Positions 41,583 to 53,900 of a stretch of 64,000 nucleotides of DNA are shown here, in pieces. The notes under the pieces are model-generated. The model worked only from the letters and a program-made list of their open reading frames with translations. It was not told the DNA's origin and did no database searches. Both the position numbers and the translations under genes were made by a program. Each line of letters opens with the position of its first letter. Within the stretch, counting starts at the first letter, position 1. The stretch comes from Cyanophora paradoxa CCMP329 (Eukaryota; Plantae; Glaucophyta): positions 188,800 through 252,799 of the forward strand of contig QPMI01000093.1 in assembly GCA_004431415.1 (NCBI GenBank), given 5' to 3'.

Positions 41583-42878
41583 CTAGGAGCGGACGGCGGC
41601 GAGGAATTCGCCGCGGAGGACGCTGTCGTCCTTGAAGGAGCCCAGCGTGACCGTCGTGACCGTGGACGCGCCGGTCTTTTGCACGCCCCGCATCACCATG
41701 CACATGTGCCTGCGCGCGGCGCCGGCCGGTCGGCTTAGCTTGCGCTGCCGCTCCGGCCCAGGGGATCCCCCGGACGGGGGACGGGGTGCGAGGCGGGCGA
41801 ATTCGAAGGAGCGCACGTCGCCTCGACCATGACGGCGACGCCCTTCGGCTGGAGGACCTCCTGCACCGCCTCCGCGATCTGCTTCGTCAGGCGCTCCTGC
41901 ACCTGTGCGTGTGGCAAGGGGCGCGCGTCATGGGAGGCGCGCCGCGGCACGCTCTTCATCGGACCTGGAGCCTCCGCGCGAACATGTTGGCGATGCGCGC
42001 GAGTTTGGAGAGCCCAATCACGCGCCCGTTGGGCACGTAGGCGATGTGGACCTTCCCGTAGAAAGGAACCATGTGGTGCTGCGCGGCGCGGACGGCCGGT
42101 CATGAGCAGCCCAGCCAACGAGGCTCGGCGCTCGCGCAGCATCCCTCGGCACCTCGCACAAGCTGAAGATGTCGATGTTCATCACGAGCACCATCTCATC
42201 CGCGCTCTCCTCGAAGATAGCGTTGTTCACAAGATCTGGCACGCAGAGTATACGTAGTGAAATAAGAGATCTAGATCGAAATCTGAATCTTGAACACCGG
42301 ACGCTTACGGATGTCGAAAGAATTTTAAGCTTAAGAATTTTTAATTGCAATCAAATCCAGACTCCTTTTGCAAAATTGAGATCCCGTCGCGCGCACCACT
42401 GACGCTTTCCCGGTAGCCCGAGGTTAGGAACGAGAGCGACTCGGCGACTCGGTGCGGCGTCCTTCGCAGGCCTGCGATCGCGTCTAAGCGAATCAATATC
42501 TGTATGTGGCGAAGCGCGACGGCGCTATATGCATCCATATATATACATACATAGCTATAGCTAGCCCTCTGAAATCGATTTCGGGCGCGCACCTTCGCGC
42601 TCGACGTCCTCGCCGAGGGCTGTGAGCACGCTCGAAATGGAGCTTGCTATTGATGCTTTGTCGGGCTTCAAATACCGATCCCGCGGAGACATCGATATCT
42701 CGTGGGGCTTGACGGCGTCGTGGCTGGAGTTCGGCGCGGGGACGACGTCGGCGGGAGGGGCGGGCGCTGCGTGGTAATGCGGATGGGAGAAGACTGCGTC
42801 GTTCGAGTGCGCCTGCACCGACGTCGACAGTGCCGCCAGACCTAAAGTCACTACGAGAAGAGCAACCCTGAAATTCAT
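41583..42878 (-). CDS. GCH1: GTP cyclohydrolase I (type IA) with an N-terminal signal peptide, six exons
   Basis: LGEDVEREG|[19 protein letters not shown]|[22 protein letters not shown]|[38 protein letters not shown]|[13 protein letters not shown]...GVAVMVEAT|[11 protein letters not shown]...LRGEFL; the Zn ligands Cys/His/Cys are intact. Confidence 0.95.
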
Positions 42879-43050
42879 CAACGCACAACGCGCGGGCTAG
42901 CGCTGCAGCTGCCAGGCCTAGGGTGGGCGGCCGCGGAGGGCGCTAACTGTGCTATACGTACATATACTGGTAATGTAGTATGACACGCGTACCGCGGCGT
43001 ACGTGAACGTATATGAACAGGTGCCACGGTGTTCCGTAAACGTTGACGTC

Positions 43051-43299
43051 CTGTAGAACTAGAAATATTTAGTGGGCTGCATATTTATAGTACTAAATTT
43101 TAAAAGTTTTTGGGCGATCTACTAAATATTTCCCGCCTGCTAAAGCCGAGATTTCTTAGGGGTAGTCCCTTCTCCGCCATACAAAAGCCCTCCGAAGACC
43201 GACGTCGACCTACTAAAGATTTACCAGCTGCTAATTATAAAGTGGCAGTTTTGGCAAAGTACTAATTATTTTCCTGTACTAAATTAACTAGTTCTCCAG
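43051..43299. mobile_element. MITE family X, full copy (249 bp)
   Basis: TIR ctgtagaactag / ctagttctccag, with TA on the right side; homologous to 44364-44550 in inverted orientation. Confidence 0.75.
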
Positions 43300-43746
43300 T
43301 ATTCTAGAACGTAGTATCCACGGCCACTGCCGGGCTGCAGGTGCCAGCCTGACTCAGTGAGGCTGTGCACACTGCACATGCCAGCCAGCCAGTGGTAGCA
43401 CTGGTAGCCAGTGGTACTACGGTACGGTAGGCCCAGGCCCCAGGCTGCGCGTGCACGGGCCGACACGGGGGGTACTGTATGGGGCGACTTCGCAGGAGAG
43501 AAGAGAATTATAAATTAAATTAGCGCGGTACCAAATTACCGCGGTATGTCATGATTCTTTTTTTTGAGAGACTACGGTGGGGCGAACCCCCCGTAGGTAG
43601 TGATTCGGCGCGGTATAAATTAAATATAAAATTTCGGCGCGGTATAAATTAAATTTGGTACCACGGTAATATTGATTAGCCTACTAGCCTATTAGTTGGC
43701 CTACACGTTGGCCAACTTGGCGGCAGCTCAGTCTTGGCCTACCGTA

Positions 43747-44007
43747 CCGTGTAACAGGAAAATACTGGACGCTGAAAATTAGTGGAGCCGGAAATTAGTG
43801 GACTGAAATCTTGACTCAGTCCACTAATTTCTGGCTCCACTAATTGCCTGATGAGAAGCGGCCTCATAGTATACCCCTCAAAATTACCGCACTATACAAG
43901 CCTGAAAGTTTTACGATCCACTAATTTCGGGCTCCAGTATTTCGCCTGTGGGAGGGCGAAGTTTTACGATCCACTAATTTCCGATCTGGTATTTTCCTGT
44001 TACACGG
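43747..44007. mobile_element. Tc1/mariner-type MITE, 261 bp
   Basis: Perfect 19-bp TIR ccgtgtaacaggaaaatac / gtattttcctgttacacgg; TA at 43745-43746 and 44008-44009; internal aaattagtgga subrepeats. Confidence 0.9.
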
Positions 44008-44363
44008 TAGTTAACGTTACGGCGTAGTACCGGGTAGGCCCTACGGAACTACAAGGTACTTCTTGTCTTCGATTCCGGTCCCAATTTCGGAATTTCCGGA
44101 CCGGTGCACTTGGTACGTATATACGTACCGGGCACTGCACGGCGGGCAGTTGGCACCCTTCCGAGTAGGACCTTCCGATCCGCTCTAAGGACCTTCGAAT
44201 TCCAATCTGCTCTTACTGCTAATTTACCAGCTACTACTAGCCTACTAGCTATAGCTACTGAGTTACACGATGACTCTCAGTGACTCAGTGAATCGTCGCC
44301 GAGTCAATGATACGGCACAGTACTAGTACCGGTACGCGCGCGCGCGCGTACGTATATAACTTA

Positions 44364-44573
44364 CTGTAGAACTAGTTTATTTAGTACAGGAAAATAATTA
44401 GTAGTTCGCCAAAACTGTCACTTTAGCAGGGGCAAAATCTTTACTAAGTTAGTAGGTCGGTCTTCGCAGGGGTTTTAATGTATGGCGGAGAAGGGACCAC
44501 CCCTAAGAAATCTCGGCGCTTTAGCAGGCGAGAAATATTTAGTAGATCGCACACATATGCATGCGCAGTACTA
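44364..44573. mobile_element. MITE family X, truncated inverted copy
   Basis: Begins TA-ctgtagaactag; its reverse complement aligns to 43113-43299; homology stops at ~44550-44573, so the second TIR is missing. Confidence 0.75.
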
Positions 44574-45263
44574 AACCCACGACCCACCGTGGCACGCCGA
44601 CCCACTTAACGGACAAGATATTTTTTGGTCGACCCACGGGCCGCCTCAAGCCTTAGATGGTAAGCCACAAGCCTCAGGGCTCAAGGGTAAGCCTTAGATG
44701 GGAAAAGCCCACAAGGGGGCACGCAGCCGCACGCTCCCAGGCTCCCAGCAGGGGTATAAAAACTAAAGCTATAGCTAGTACACTGCCCCGAGAGAAGCCT
44801 TGCATGCACTGCGGCAAGGCCGCCAGCGCTAGCGGGGGCTGGCGCGCTCTGCAGCTGTAGATCTAGCTATAGCTATAGAGTACGTGAACGAACTCTTGTA
44901 TACGTACACCGTATACGTCGACGCCGTGACGTCGCCTACATATACACGTATACGCGTACGTACGCGTCGAGTCGATCTAGACGCGTACGGCGGCGGTGCG
45001 TGCGTATGCCGTTTTTGCGGCATTTACATAAAGCCGGCTCCGCATATATATACGATTAAAGATGATCAAACTTAAACGTGTGTACATCTATATAGGTGGG
45101 CCTTTGTGAAGCGTTGAGCTCTCGAGCTTGCCCCTTCGCTGTCAATGTATTGTTAACCCTCGGAGGTTGATGAGTCACGCGTTGCGGAGGTTGCATTGTT
45201 ATATTGCATTCGGGGAGGCACGGGGACTAACACGTCCGACGTACCCCTCGGGGCCTCCGGCCT

Positions 45264-46757
45264 CTAACTATGCTCAGACTCTAACTGAATGCTGTACCCC
45301 CTCACTGGCCGAAGTGAGACGGTCCCCACTCGAGGTCGGGGTGGGGCCATGGGGGCCTCCGGCGGGGTACGATGCTCCCGCTTGCCAGCTCCATGTACTC
45401 CCCACGGGTTGTCTTCGTTTGCGAGGTCCCTGTAGTTGCCCTTTACGAGATCCGCCGCCGCTTTGCGCCAGCGAACGGCCACGTTGTACGTGTTGTCGAT
45501 GATGTTCTGCACTGTACCCTCCATGGGTATTAGGGACGGCCTATAGTCGACCTGTCTCTCACGCAGGTTCAATTCCCTTTGGTAGTAATCCACTGCGTCT
45601 GGGAGGGCCCTGAGCTCCAACGGGTGCTGGCCCGGGTCCGACGAGCTAATGAGCCCGGAGCGTTGCAGCGCGTTCACAGCCGCCCGCAGCATGATTTTGC
45701 CTACCCCCGCATCGCGTTATTCTGCTCGGGCGTCCCGTACCCCCCTGCGGCCCGTAATCGTTGTAGTAGCTCTCTATTTCGACTGTGGCCGGGCTAGTAC
45801 CAACCCGAGGCTGCACAAAGCCGTACAGCCATGCCATAGCGTCGTTGTCCGCGGAGCGGCCGCTCTCGGGAGAGGAAGAGAACACTTCGATTTTGAAGTC
45901 CCTCGTCCGCCGGTTGACTCGCGTCATTAGGTTGAGGGGTAGCGCGCATTGCCGAATTTATCAGGAAAGAGGCGGTGTAGCTTGAACCATGCTTCCTGAT
46001 CGCCGTACGACATTCGCTCGCGGCTCGCTGAGAATTTCTACCTGTACCCCTACTCGCGGTCGGGTACTTGTAGCCGGGCATCAGCCTCGCGCGCTTGCGC
46101 ATCTCCGCCTCCTCGGGTAGCCAGTTCTTCGGGTCGTTGCTCCACTCCTCCCATTCGCGTATGTCTCGCCCGACGTCACGTGGGGCGGGGGCGTTTATCG
46201 GTGGGGCGGGCGGGGCTGGCAGGGCCTGGCGCCGGGGTTGAGGCCCTGTTCCACGAGTACTCGGGGTACTCTTCCCAGCCCAGGGGTACCAGATTTGCCG
46301 GAATCGGCTCAACTTCGAATTGGGGCTTTTTGGTGTGATACTCATAGTTCGTGACGTACGCCGTCACAGCCGAGCGCAAGCGCGAGAGGTCGCGCAAATT
46401 TACGTCGTCCCATTCCGAGTCCCTTGCCTTCGCGTACCGCTCGAGGATTTGCATGCGAATGTGGTCCGGGAGGGTCGAGAGTATGCTGAGCTTGGAGCCC
46501 AGGGCGAACCAGATGCGCTTGAACTCGTCGATAATCCTGCCCTCGTCGTGGCTCCGGACGTATGAGGCCCCGCCATAGTTGTAATGGCTGTCCAGCCACC
46601 CTGCCCGGGCCAGCTCCAGCACCGGCCAGGGTTGGCGCTGTCGATTCGGTCGCGAGGCCTGCTCTACCACCCAGCGTCTAAGGTCCTTGACCTGATCTAT
46701 GAACTGTGCGATCACGTCCTTGGGCGCTTCCTCTGCATCCGACATTTGCAATTGCAC
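45264..46757 (-). CDS. Viral protein with a C-terminal GNAT acetyltransferase-like domain (ORF broken by homopolymer frameshifts)
   Basis: Adding one G to each of two G-runs (~45740 and ~45705) joins VEIESYYNDYGPQGGYGTPEQNNAMRGVGKIMLRAAVNAL (motif A-like) to LELRALPDAVDYYQRELNL (motif B-like). Upstream ORFs 46176-46757 and 45794-46345 overlap consecutively. Confidence 0.5.
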
Positions 46758-46795
46758 ACATCAAGAAATTCTAAACGCTACTGCGAGACCAAGTC

Positions 46796-47461
46796 ATGCA
46801 TACCGATACAGATTGCGAGACTTGCGAGAACTTGCAACAGGGGAGCGCGGCGTGGCACGCGGCGCGCCGCGAAAAGCTAACTGCCTCGAACTTTGCGGCT
46901 GCGTGCGGCATAAATCCCTGGAAATCCAGGGCCCGCCTCTGGGCGGAGCTAAGCGGCATAGCGGAGGAAAACAACTTCGACAACCCTGCGCTAACCTACG
47001 GGCATGACTATGAGCCCTTCGCGGTCTCTCTCTACAAAACGTCGAACAACAACGTGGACGTGCAACATACTGGATTGCACGAACATAAGGAACTGCCCTT
47101 CCTGGCGGGCAGCCCGGACGGGCTGATTGGAAGCGATCGTATACTTGAAATAAAATGCCCCTACAAACAAGAACTCTACGAAAAGGTCCCAACTTATTAC
47201 ATGCCCCAGCTCCAGGGCCTGCTGGACATAACGGGCCGCGAGTGGGCCGAACTTTTTTGCTTCACTCCTCTGCGCGTGCAAACGTGGTACGTCAGACGGG
47301 ACGAGAGGTACATCAAGCTCATGAGGAAGTGCTTACATCTATTTTGGATGCACGTCAAGGAGGGCACGCCGCCCGAGCCCTACAGCGATCGAATGAAGTC
47401 AGAGAACCTCAGCGAGGAGCAGGCGGCGCTGCGCGAGTTTAAGTCGTACGCCCTCCTCTAG
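46796..47461 (+). CDS. YqaJ-like viral recombinase / lambda-exonuclease family nuclease
   Basis: QGSAAWHAARREKLTASNF, YGHDYEP, LAGSPDGL (PD), LEIKCPY (ExK), YYMPQLQGLL and VRRD; intact 221 aa, intronless. Confidence 0.95.
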   Translation: MHTDTDCETCENLQQGSAAWHAARREKLTASNFAAACGINPWKSRARLWAELSGIAEENNFDNPALTYGHDYEPFAVSLYKTSNNNVDVQHTGLHEHKELPFLAGSPDGLIGSDRILEIKCPYKQELYEKVPTYYMPQLQGLLDITGREWAELFCFTPLRVQTWYVRRDERYIKLMRKCLHLFWMHVKEGTPPEPYSDRMKSENLSEEQAALREFKSYALL

Positions 47462-47843
47462 TGTCCGGACCTTTCCAATACTCTATATGATTATTGGGAG
47501 GGTCCGGACACGTCTCTTGGTCAGACTACTTCTGTCCCAGGTCTTTGGAATCTTAATATAAATTTTCCCGGGACCCGGGACAGGGCTTGGTCGGACTCAC
47601 CGTAGCTTGGTGTAGCTCAGGCCCAGGCCGGGTAGGCGAGTCTGTAATGAATCAGACCGCGCAGGATTTGGTTGAGCTGCTCGGTGCAGGGGGGCGGGAA
47701 GGCGAGGCCGCGGAGGGCCATAGAGACGTAGCGGAAGGGGTGGGGGAGGCGGCCCCTGTTATCCCACATGGCGTCCACTATGGCGTTGTGGACCACTTGC
47801 TCTGGGAGGGCGGGACGGGCCTGCGCGCACCGTTTCAGGGCCC

Positions 47844-50648
47844 TCAGCAGCCCTCGAAGATGTTGGAGTTGGCGTGCACCAGCGGGAGGGAGGGCTGGGA
47901 CGGCGGCGGCGAGCCCGGGGCCGAGCCCTGGGTGGCGAGGGCCTGCGAGGGCGCCGGCTCCAGCTCCATCTCGAACATACCGCCCTCGACGTCGACGGTC
48001 ACGGGCGGCGAGGCCGGGATCGCGCCGGCCTGCTGCGTGGCGGGGACCTGAGCCGAGAAGTTCTCGAGCCGCCACTCGCGGCAGCCCTGGCACTCACCTG
48101 GACGAAGACGGTGCGGTTGGCGACGGGCGGCGTCGGCAGGGCCTGCGCGGGGGCGTCACTCACAGAAGCCGAAGGCGCCGGCCTTGTGGGGCGGGGCGTC
48201 GGGGTCGCGGGGCGTGCTATAGGCCTCCGAGCCCTCCGATTCAGAGTCACTCACCGGGCTGAGAGGGTGGGGTGAGAAGAGGCCGAGGCGGGCCTTCTTG
48301 GCGGGCAGGAGGTGGGAGCCGTTGAGGGCGCAATCGGCGCCGTGGGCGCACCTCTCTCCGTAGGTGGGGCAGAGGGCCGGGGGCGAGGGCGCCGGAGCCA
48401 AGGGCGCCGGAGCCGAGGACGCCGGGGGCTGGAGGAGGCGGTGAGAGGGGCCGAGGAGGAGAGGAAGGGGGAAGGGCGCGGGCACCGGCGCCGGGACGAG
48501 GCCCTCCTCCAGCAGCCGCATCTGCGCCTCCTTCGCCTTCTCGTCGATGCGGGCCTCGAACGTCGCCCAGTTGAAGCCGACGGCGTCCGCCTCCGCCAGC
48601 TCGGGGAGGCCGTGCTCGTCGAACGCCAGCGCGGGCCGCCCGCTGAAGCCGAACGGGGCGGGGGGCGAGAGCGCGTTGTCCCCGACGCCCCAGACGGCGC
48701 TGAACGCCGCATCGTCCCAGCGCGCCTCCGCCTCCGCCTGGCCCTCGTCCCTTGCCTCGTCCACCTCCTTGGCGGAGAGCGACCCGATCTTGATGATGGA
48801 GGCCTGGATCAGCACAAACTCGCGCTGGAAGAATTGGACGAGCGGGATGGTAACTGCGGGAGAGGGGGTGAGCGGGGAGAGCGCGGGGCGCAGGCCAAGG
48901 GCGGGGGCGCAGGCCAAGGGCGGGGCGGACGCACATTCGATGCCGTAGGCCACCTCCTTGATGTAGCGGCCCCGGCGGCCGATCTCCTTGGCCAGCATGC
49001 TGCACTCCTTGCGCGCCGGGTGGCCGTGGCCCCACTCCATGGCGATCATCGCCTTCGCCAGACGGACGCCCTCGATGTGCCACTCGTCCATCAGCGCCTC
49101 CAGCTTGGCGCAGATGCGCATCCAGAAGAAGACGCGCTTGAGCTTGTCGCGGTCGAATTCGGCGTCGCCGCTCTTGCTGCCCCAGTCGCGCAGGTCCGTC
49201 TCCTCCGCCTTCTTCACCTTCTCGTACCAGCACTTGATCTTCTCCGCCTGGCGCTGGAACTCGTCCGCCCGCGCCGTGAGAACGTCCGACTCCTCCTGCG
49301 CTCCGAGGGCCCGGGGTCAGGGAGGAGAGGCGGGCTAAGCGGGGCGGCGGCGGACCGTGTGCGAGAGCTCGCCGACGATCACGGAGATGGCCGCCGAGAG
49401 GATCTCACGGGCGCGGGCCGGCCCGTTTGGGTGGCCCTCGCGCAGAACCTCCTCCAGCTTCAGCACGGCCGTCCGCGCGAGATCGCGGTGGCGCTGGCGG
49501 GTCTCGTCGCTCCGGCCCTGATCCACGAGAAGCTGGAGCTGGGGCCGCATGCCGGAGTCGCAGACGCTGGCGTACTTCAGAAGGGCCGCGCAGGAGAGCA
49601 CCTTCTGCACGCTGACCAGCCAGTACGCGTAGCCCAGCGGGCTCTCCGCGCTCGGGTTCTCCCGACCTGCGGACGCGACCTTAGCGCGCGCAGGGGCAGG
49701 GGAAAGGGGAAAGGGCGGGCTCTCGCGCACGTAAATGTCATCGGCGCAGGAGAGGAACATGTGATCAACGACGTCGAAGAAGCCGCCGGACGGGAGCGTG
49801 CCGACGCCGTGGTACGCGCCTTGGATGGTCTCGCCGGCGCAGATGCCGGCCTGGACGGTGACGGTGTACTGCGAGGCCGGCGGCCCCTCCTTCACGTAGA
49901 CGAAGTTGAGGTCGTACTTCTTGGCGTACGTCGGGTTGATGCGCTTGGTGACGATGACGTAATCGCACCGAACGCCGAGGCCGGACGGGCTGGCCTTCTC
50001 CTTCTCCGTCACCGACGCCAGGCACTGATCCCGCGCGATCAAGAGCTGCAGCGGCCCGCGCGTGAGCAAGCGCGGGCACGCGAGCGCAGGGAAGGGCCCT
50101 CACCCCGTGGGCGCCGCCGCTGCCGGATTTGAGGTCCGCGAGGAACTCCTTCTGCTCCGGAGTGCCGGAGAAGATCGCGCGCGGATGGAAATCGCGATGG
50201 AGCGCGATGCTGTTGAAGCAGCCCGCCGCCGCATTGTCGGACATCAGCAACAGCGCCACATCGCCGTGCGTGAAGCCGTACTTCGCCTTCACATGCTCCG
50301 GCAGCTCGTGAATGCTGTAAGGCACGATCTGCGCGCGGGGCACGCGAGCCGGGGCATGTGAGCCGGGGCCGAAGCGGTGCGGGCGAAACCGCGAACCTCG
50401 TTGAACTTATTCACCGGCGTGAACTGGCCCTTGGTCTTCAAGCGCTTCGGGTGGCCGTCCGTGTTCTGGATCTTCTTCAGCCCGCCGAACGGCTCGAAGC
50501 GCGGCACGCCGGCCGAGTTGAACACGCTATCGCAGGTCATCGCGTTGAGCGCCTCCTCCGCCGACAGGCTGCCGAGATCGCGGGCTATGCTGTCCTGCTC
50601 GCCGGGCTGCTGCTGCTTCGCGCACGAGCGGAAGGTCGCCGCCTGCAT
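47844..50648 (-). CDS. Large intron-containing viral-element protein, function unknown
   Basis: GT..AG introns at 50329-50396, 50046-50103, 49667-49730, 49296-49355 and 48854-48934 join ORF pieces 50289-50648, 49765-50343, 49335-50069 and 48156-49217 into one frame (one extra G needed after 49667). The 3' end is approximate. Confidence 0.65.
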
Positions 50649-50950
50649 CGCGAGTGTTACTGCCCGCGATGTCTCAACGGATTCCGTTCAACGTCGTACC
50701 CCGCTGGCTTGTTCCCTCCCCAACTCGCGAAGACTCAGACTTGAAGCCCGCTTCCCCCCCCTCAAAATGCGTACCCCCTTGGGCTCGAACCCCGGTCGGT
50801 TTCTCGCTTTTTTTTGACTGCCCAGTCCGGCGATGCAATGCAGGCCGCTCGTTCAAATCGGCTGGGAACTTGGCGCCAGAACCTTCGCAGCGCGCGCAGC
50901 ACTCCCAGCAGAGCGCGCGCAGCACCGGCGGCAGCATCGGCGGCAGCAGC

Positions 50951-53900
50951 ATGTCTCGGCTCGCGCTCCCTCCGGAGATCCCGGCTAAGCTGGCGAAGAA
51001 CACGCTGTACGACGTTCTCTGCGTCGGCGACAGCTTCGGCGTCGATTGGACGGTTTCGAGGCCGGCATCAGCGACCAGGCGAAGGAGGCGCAGGCGCGTG
51101 CGCTGGAGGATGGCATGCAGTTCAGCCCGAGCAGCAAGGATGTGCTGCGCAAGACCGAGCTGGCCGAGCGCAAGCGCAAGCTCGCCGCGGCGCGGACTTT
51201 GAACGCCGAGGGTGCCCCCGGCCCGTCGGTGCAGTTCTCCATCGACTCCGTCCTGTCGCGGCTGCGGCTCGCGGAGGTGCTCGCTGCCTCTTTCTCCCTC
51301 ACGCGCCCGGCTCGCAGCGGCTGAGGCGCCGCCGCGCTCGCAGGACGCGGACGTGCGGGCGATGCACGCGGCGCTGAACATGACGGAGGAGAACTTCGAC
51401 ACGCCGAGCAAGCCGAAGCCCGGGCGCGATTCCGACGCCCGCCGGCTGTTCGCGGCGCAGCGCCTGCGGCTGCTCATGGGCGCCGTGCCCCGGCACATCG
51501 CCAAGGGCGAGTGGCGCACGATTGGCCTGCTGGCGGGCCCGGAGGAGTTCTACTTCAACCGCATGGCGGAGGCGGCCCCGCACCTGCTCTGGCTGCTGGT
51601 GCTCAGCTCGGACCCGGCCTACACGCCCGAGGTGCGCCCCGGCCGCCCGTGCAGCCGCGGCCGCCCCTCCCCGCCGACCCCCGCCGGCCCGCAGAGGCTG
51701 GCGAAGGGCATCATGGGCGTCGAGGCGCGCTGCATCATGCGGAACAGCCGCGCGTTCATCACGCGCCACGAGAGCTCGGCGGTCTGGGGCGAGCGGCCGG
51801 ACACCGGCGTCCTCACCGACGCCTACGCCATCCGCATCGTGCTGGAGGCGGCCTGCCGGACGTGCCGGGACCGCCACGGGCGCCAGGGCATCTGCGCCTT
51901 CGACCTGGTTCCTGAGTTCGAGGTGCCCGGCGTCACCATCGGCGACCGCGTGCAGGTGCGCCGTTTCTATTTGGATGCTATTTAGATGCTATTTAGACTA
52001 TTTAGATGCCATTTAAACCCCCTCGCAGGTCATCCGCCGGTGCTCGATGCCGGACTCGCACGGGCGGCCCATGATCCACGGCGCCGTGAAGTACGTGGTG
52101 CCGCGGCGCACCCTCGCCCTCACCTTCTTCGTCCCCGTCTTCGACAAGGCGGCCGCCGCCGCCGCCGCCGCCGCCTCCCGCCCCGCCCCATGCTCGCGGC
52201 CGCGGAGTCCTCGGATTCCGACTCGGATTCCGAGGCGGAGCGCGAGGCCGAGGCCGCCGCCGCGGCCCGGGCGCTGGACTTCACGGAGGAGGAGCTGGAG
52301 CGGGCGCGGAGCCTGCCGCGCGCCGGCCAGGCGATGGCCGCGGCCTTCCAGGCGGCGATCGGCGAGGCGACGGCCTCCGCCTCGGGCGCCCGGGCCGGCG
52401 GCAGCATGATCACGGCGGAGGGCCTCGCGCGCGCCATGCGCGTGGCCCAGGCCCAGGCCCAGGCGAAGGGCAAGGGCAAGGGCAAGGCCGCCTACATCGA
52501 CCTGCGGTTCGAGGAGGAGGAGGCGGGTGCCCCGGCGGCGCGGCGCGATCTCGGCGAGGAGATGGAGGCGGCGGCCCCCAAGGCGGCCGGTGCGCCCTCC
52601 CCGCCCCTAATTTCTGAGCCTAGGGCGTTCCAGAGGCGCAAAGGAATGACCCTGCCCACAGAGGAGGAGCTGGAGGCCGAGCGCGAGATGGAGATGGAGG
52701 CCGCGCTGGCGGCGGCGGCGGACGCGAAGGCCTCGCGCGAGCTGGAGGTGGCGGAGGAGTACGCGATGGAGCTGGAGCGCGAGCGCGAGCGCGAGGGCGA
52801 GCCCGATGCGGAGCTGGCGGCGACGGTGGAGGCGGGGGCGGGGGACACCTTCGAGCCCGAGCCCCCCGTCGACGAGTTCTACCCCCTCCCGCCCTCCCCC
52901 TCCCTCGACGGCGCCCCGCCGCCGCCCATCGAGGAGTTCTCGGACGACGAGCCCGGCGACGCCGGCCCCAGGCCGCCCCTCGTCTCCCCCGCCGCCCGCC
53001 CGCCCCCGTGCCCCCGCCAGCCCCGCCGCCTCCGACGTCTCCTGGCGCCCGAGCGGCAACCCCTCGGCCTTCAGTCCCTTCCGCCCCTCGCAGCCCTCGC
53101 AGCGCCCGCCGCCCTCCGTCCAGGGTACCCCCTCGCCCGCCCATCCCCTCGCCGCCGCGGGGCACGCCCGTCGCCACGCCCGCCTCCTCCCTCGGCCACA
53201 TGCCCCTCCGCCCCTCCGGCCCCCCGCGCCGGCCGCCTCTCCCGCCGGGCCCAGCAGCGGCGCGAGCGCGAGCGGCAGCTGCTGCGCGATCAGCGGGCGG
53301 AGGCGGAGGCGGACCACGACGACGGCCAGGCGTCGGAGAGCGACGGCGAGCCGCCGCGCGCCACCAGGCTGGAGCTGGCGCGGGCGGAGCTGGCGGTGCA
53401 GCCGCGCGAGGCGCCCGAGATCGACATGTCCAAGTACGACGACGTGACAACGTACAGCAAGGACAACAAGTCCAAGAAGGAGGCGGCCATTCAGGATGCG
53501 CTCCGCCTCTTCGTCAAGAACAACGTGCGCCCCGCCCCCTTAGCTGCGCGCCCCGCCCCCTTAGAGGCCGGAGGCGGCCGTGGCCCAGCTGCTTAAGGCG
53601 CTGGGCCCGAGCCGCCTTCGGCCGGTGCGCCCCCCTCCCCGCGTTCGAACCCCGCTAACCCCCTTTTGCCGGCGCAGCGGATCGTGCGCCAGAGACCCTA
53701 CGGCCCGAACTCCCCGCCCACCTTCTACGTCGAGCTCCCGAACCTCTTCGTGTACGACAAGGTCAGCGCGAACAGGCACGCCGGGCGCGGGACGATGAAG
53801 GAGGTCATCCAGCTGCTGGCGATGACCTTCCACAAGACCTACGAGTCCAACCCCGGCTCCTTCGAGTTCACCTTCTCGAAGGAGGTGCTCTCGGGGCGGA

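Noticed and set aside
43051-44550. Inverted pair as the ends of one 1.5-kb composite transposon
   Set aside because: The left copy has its own two TIRs and the interior has no transposase; two independent MITE insertions is simpler.
48312-50132. 606-aa + strand ORF
   Set aside because: It is the antisense shadow of the spliced - strand gene; high GC suppresses stops and it has no motifs.
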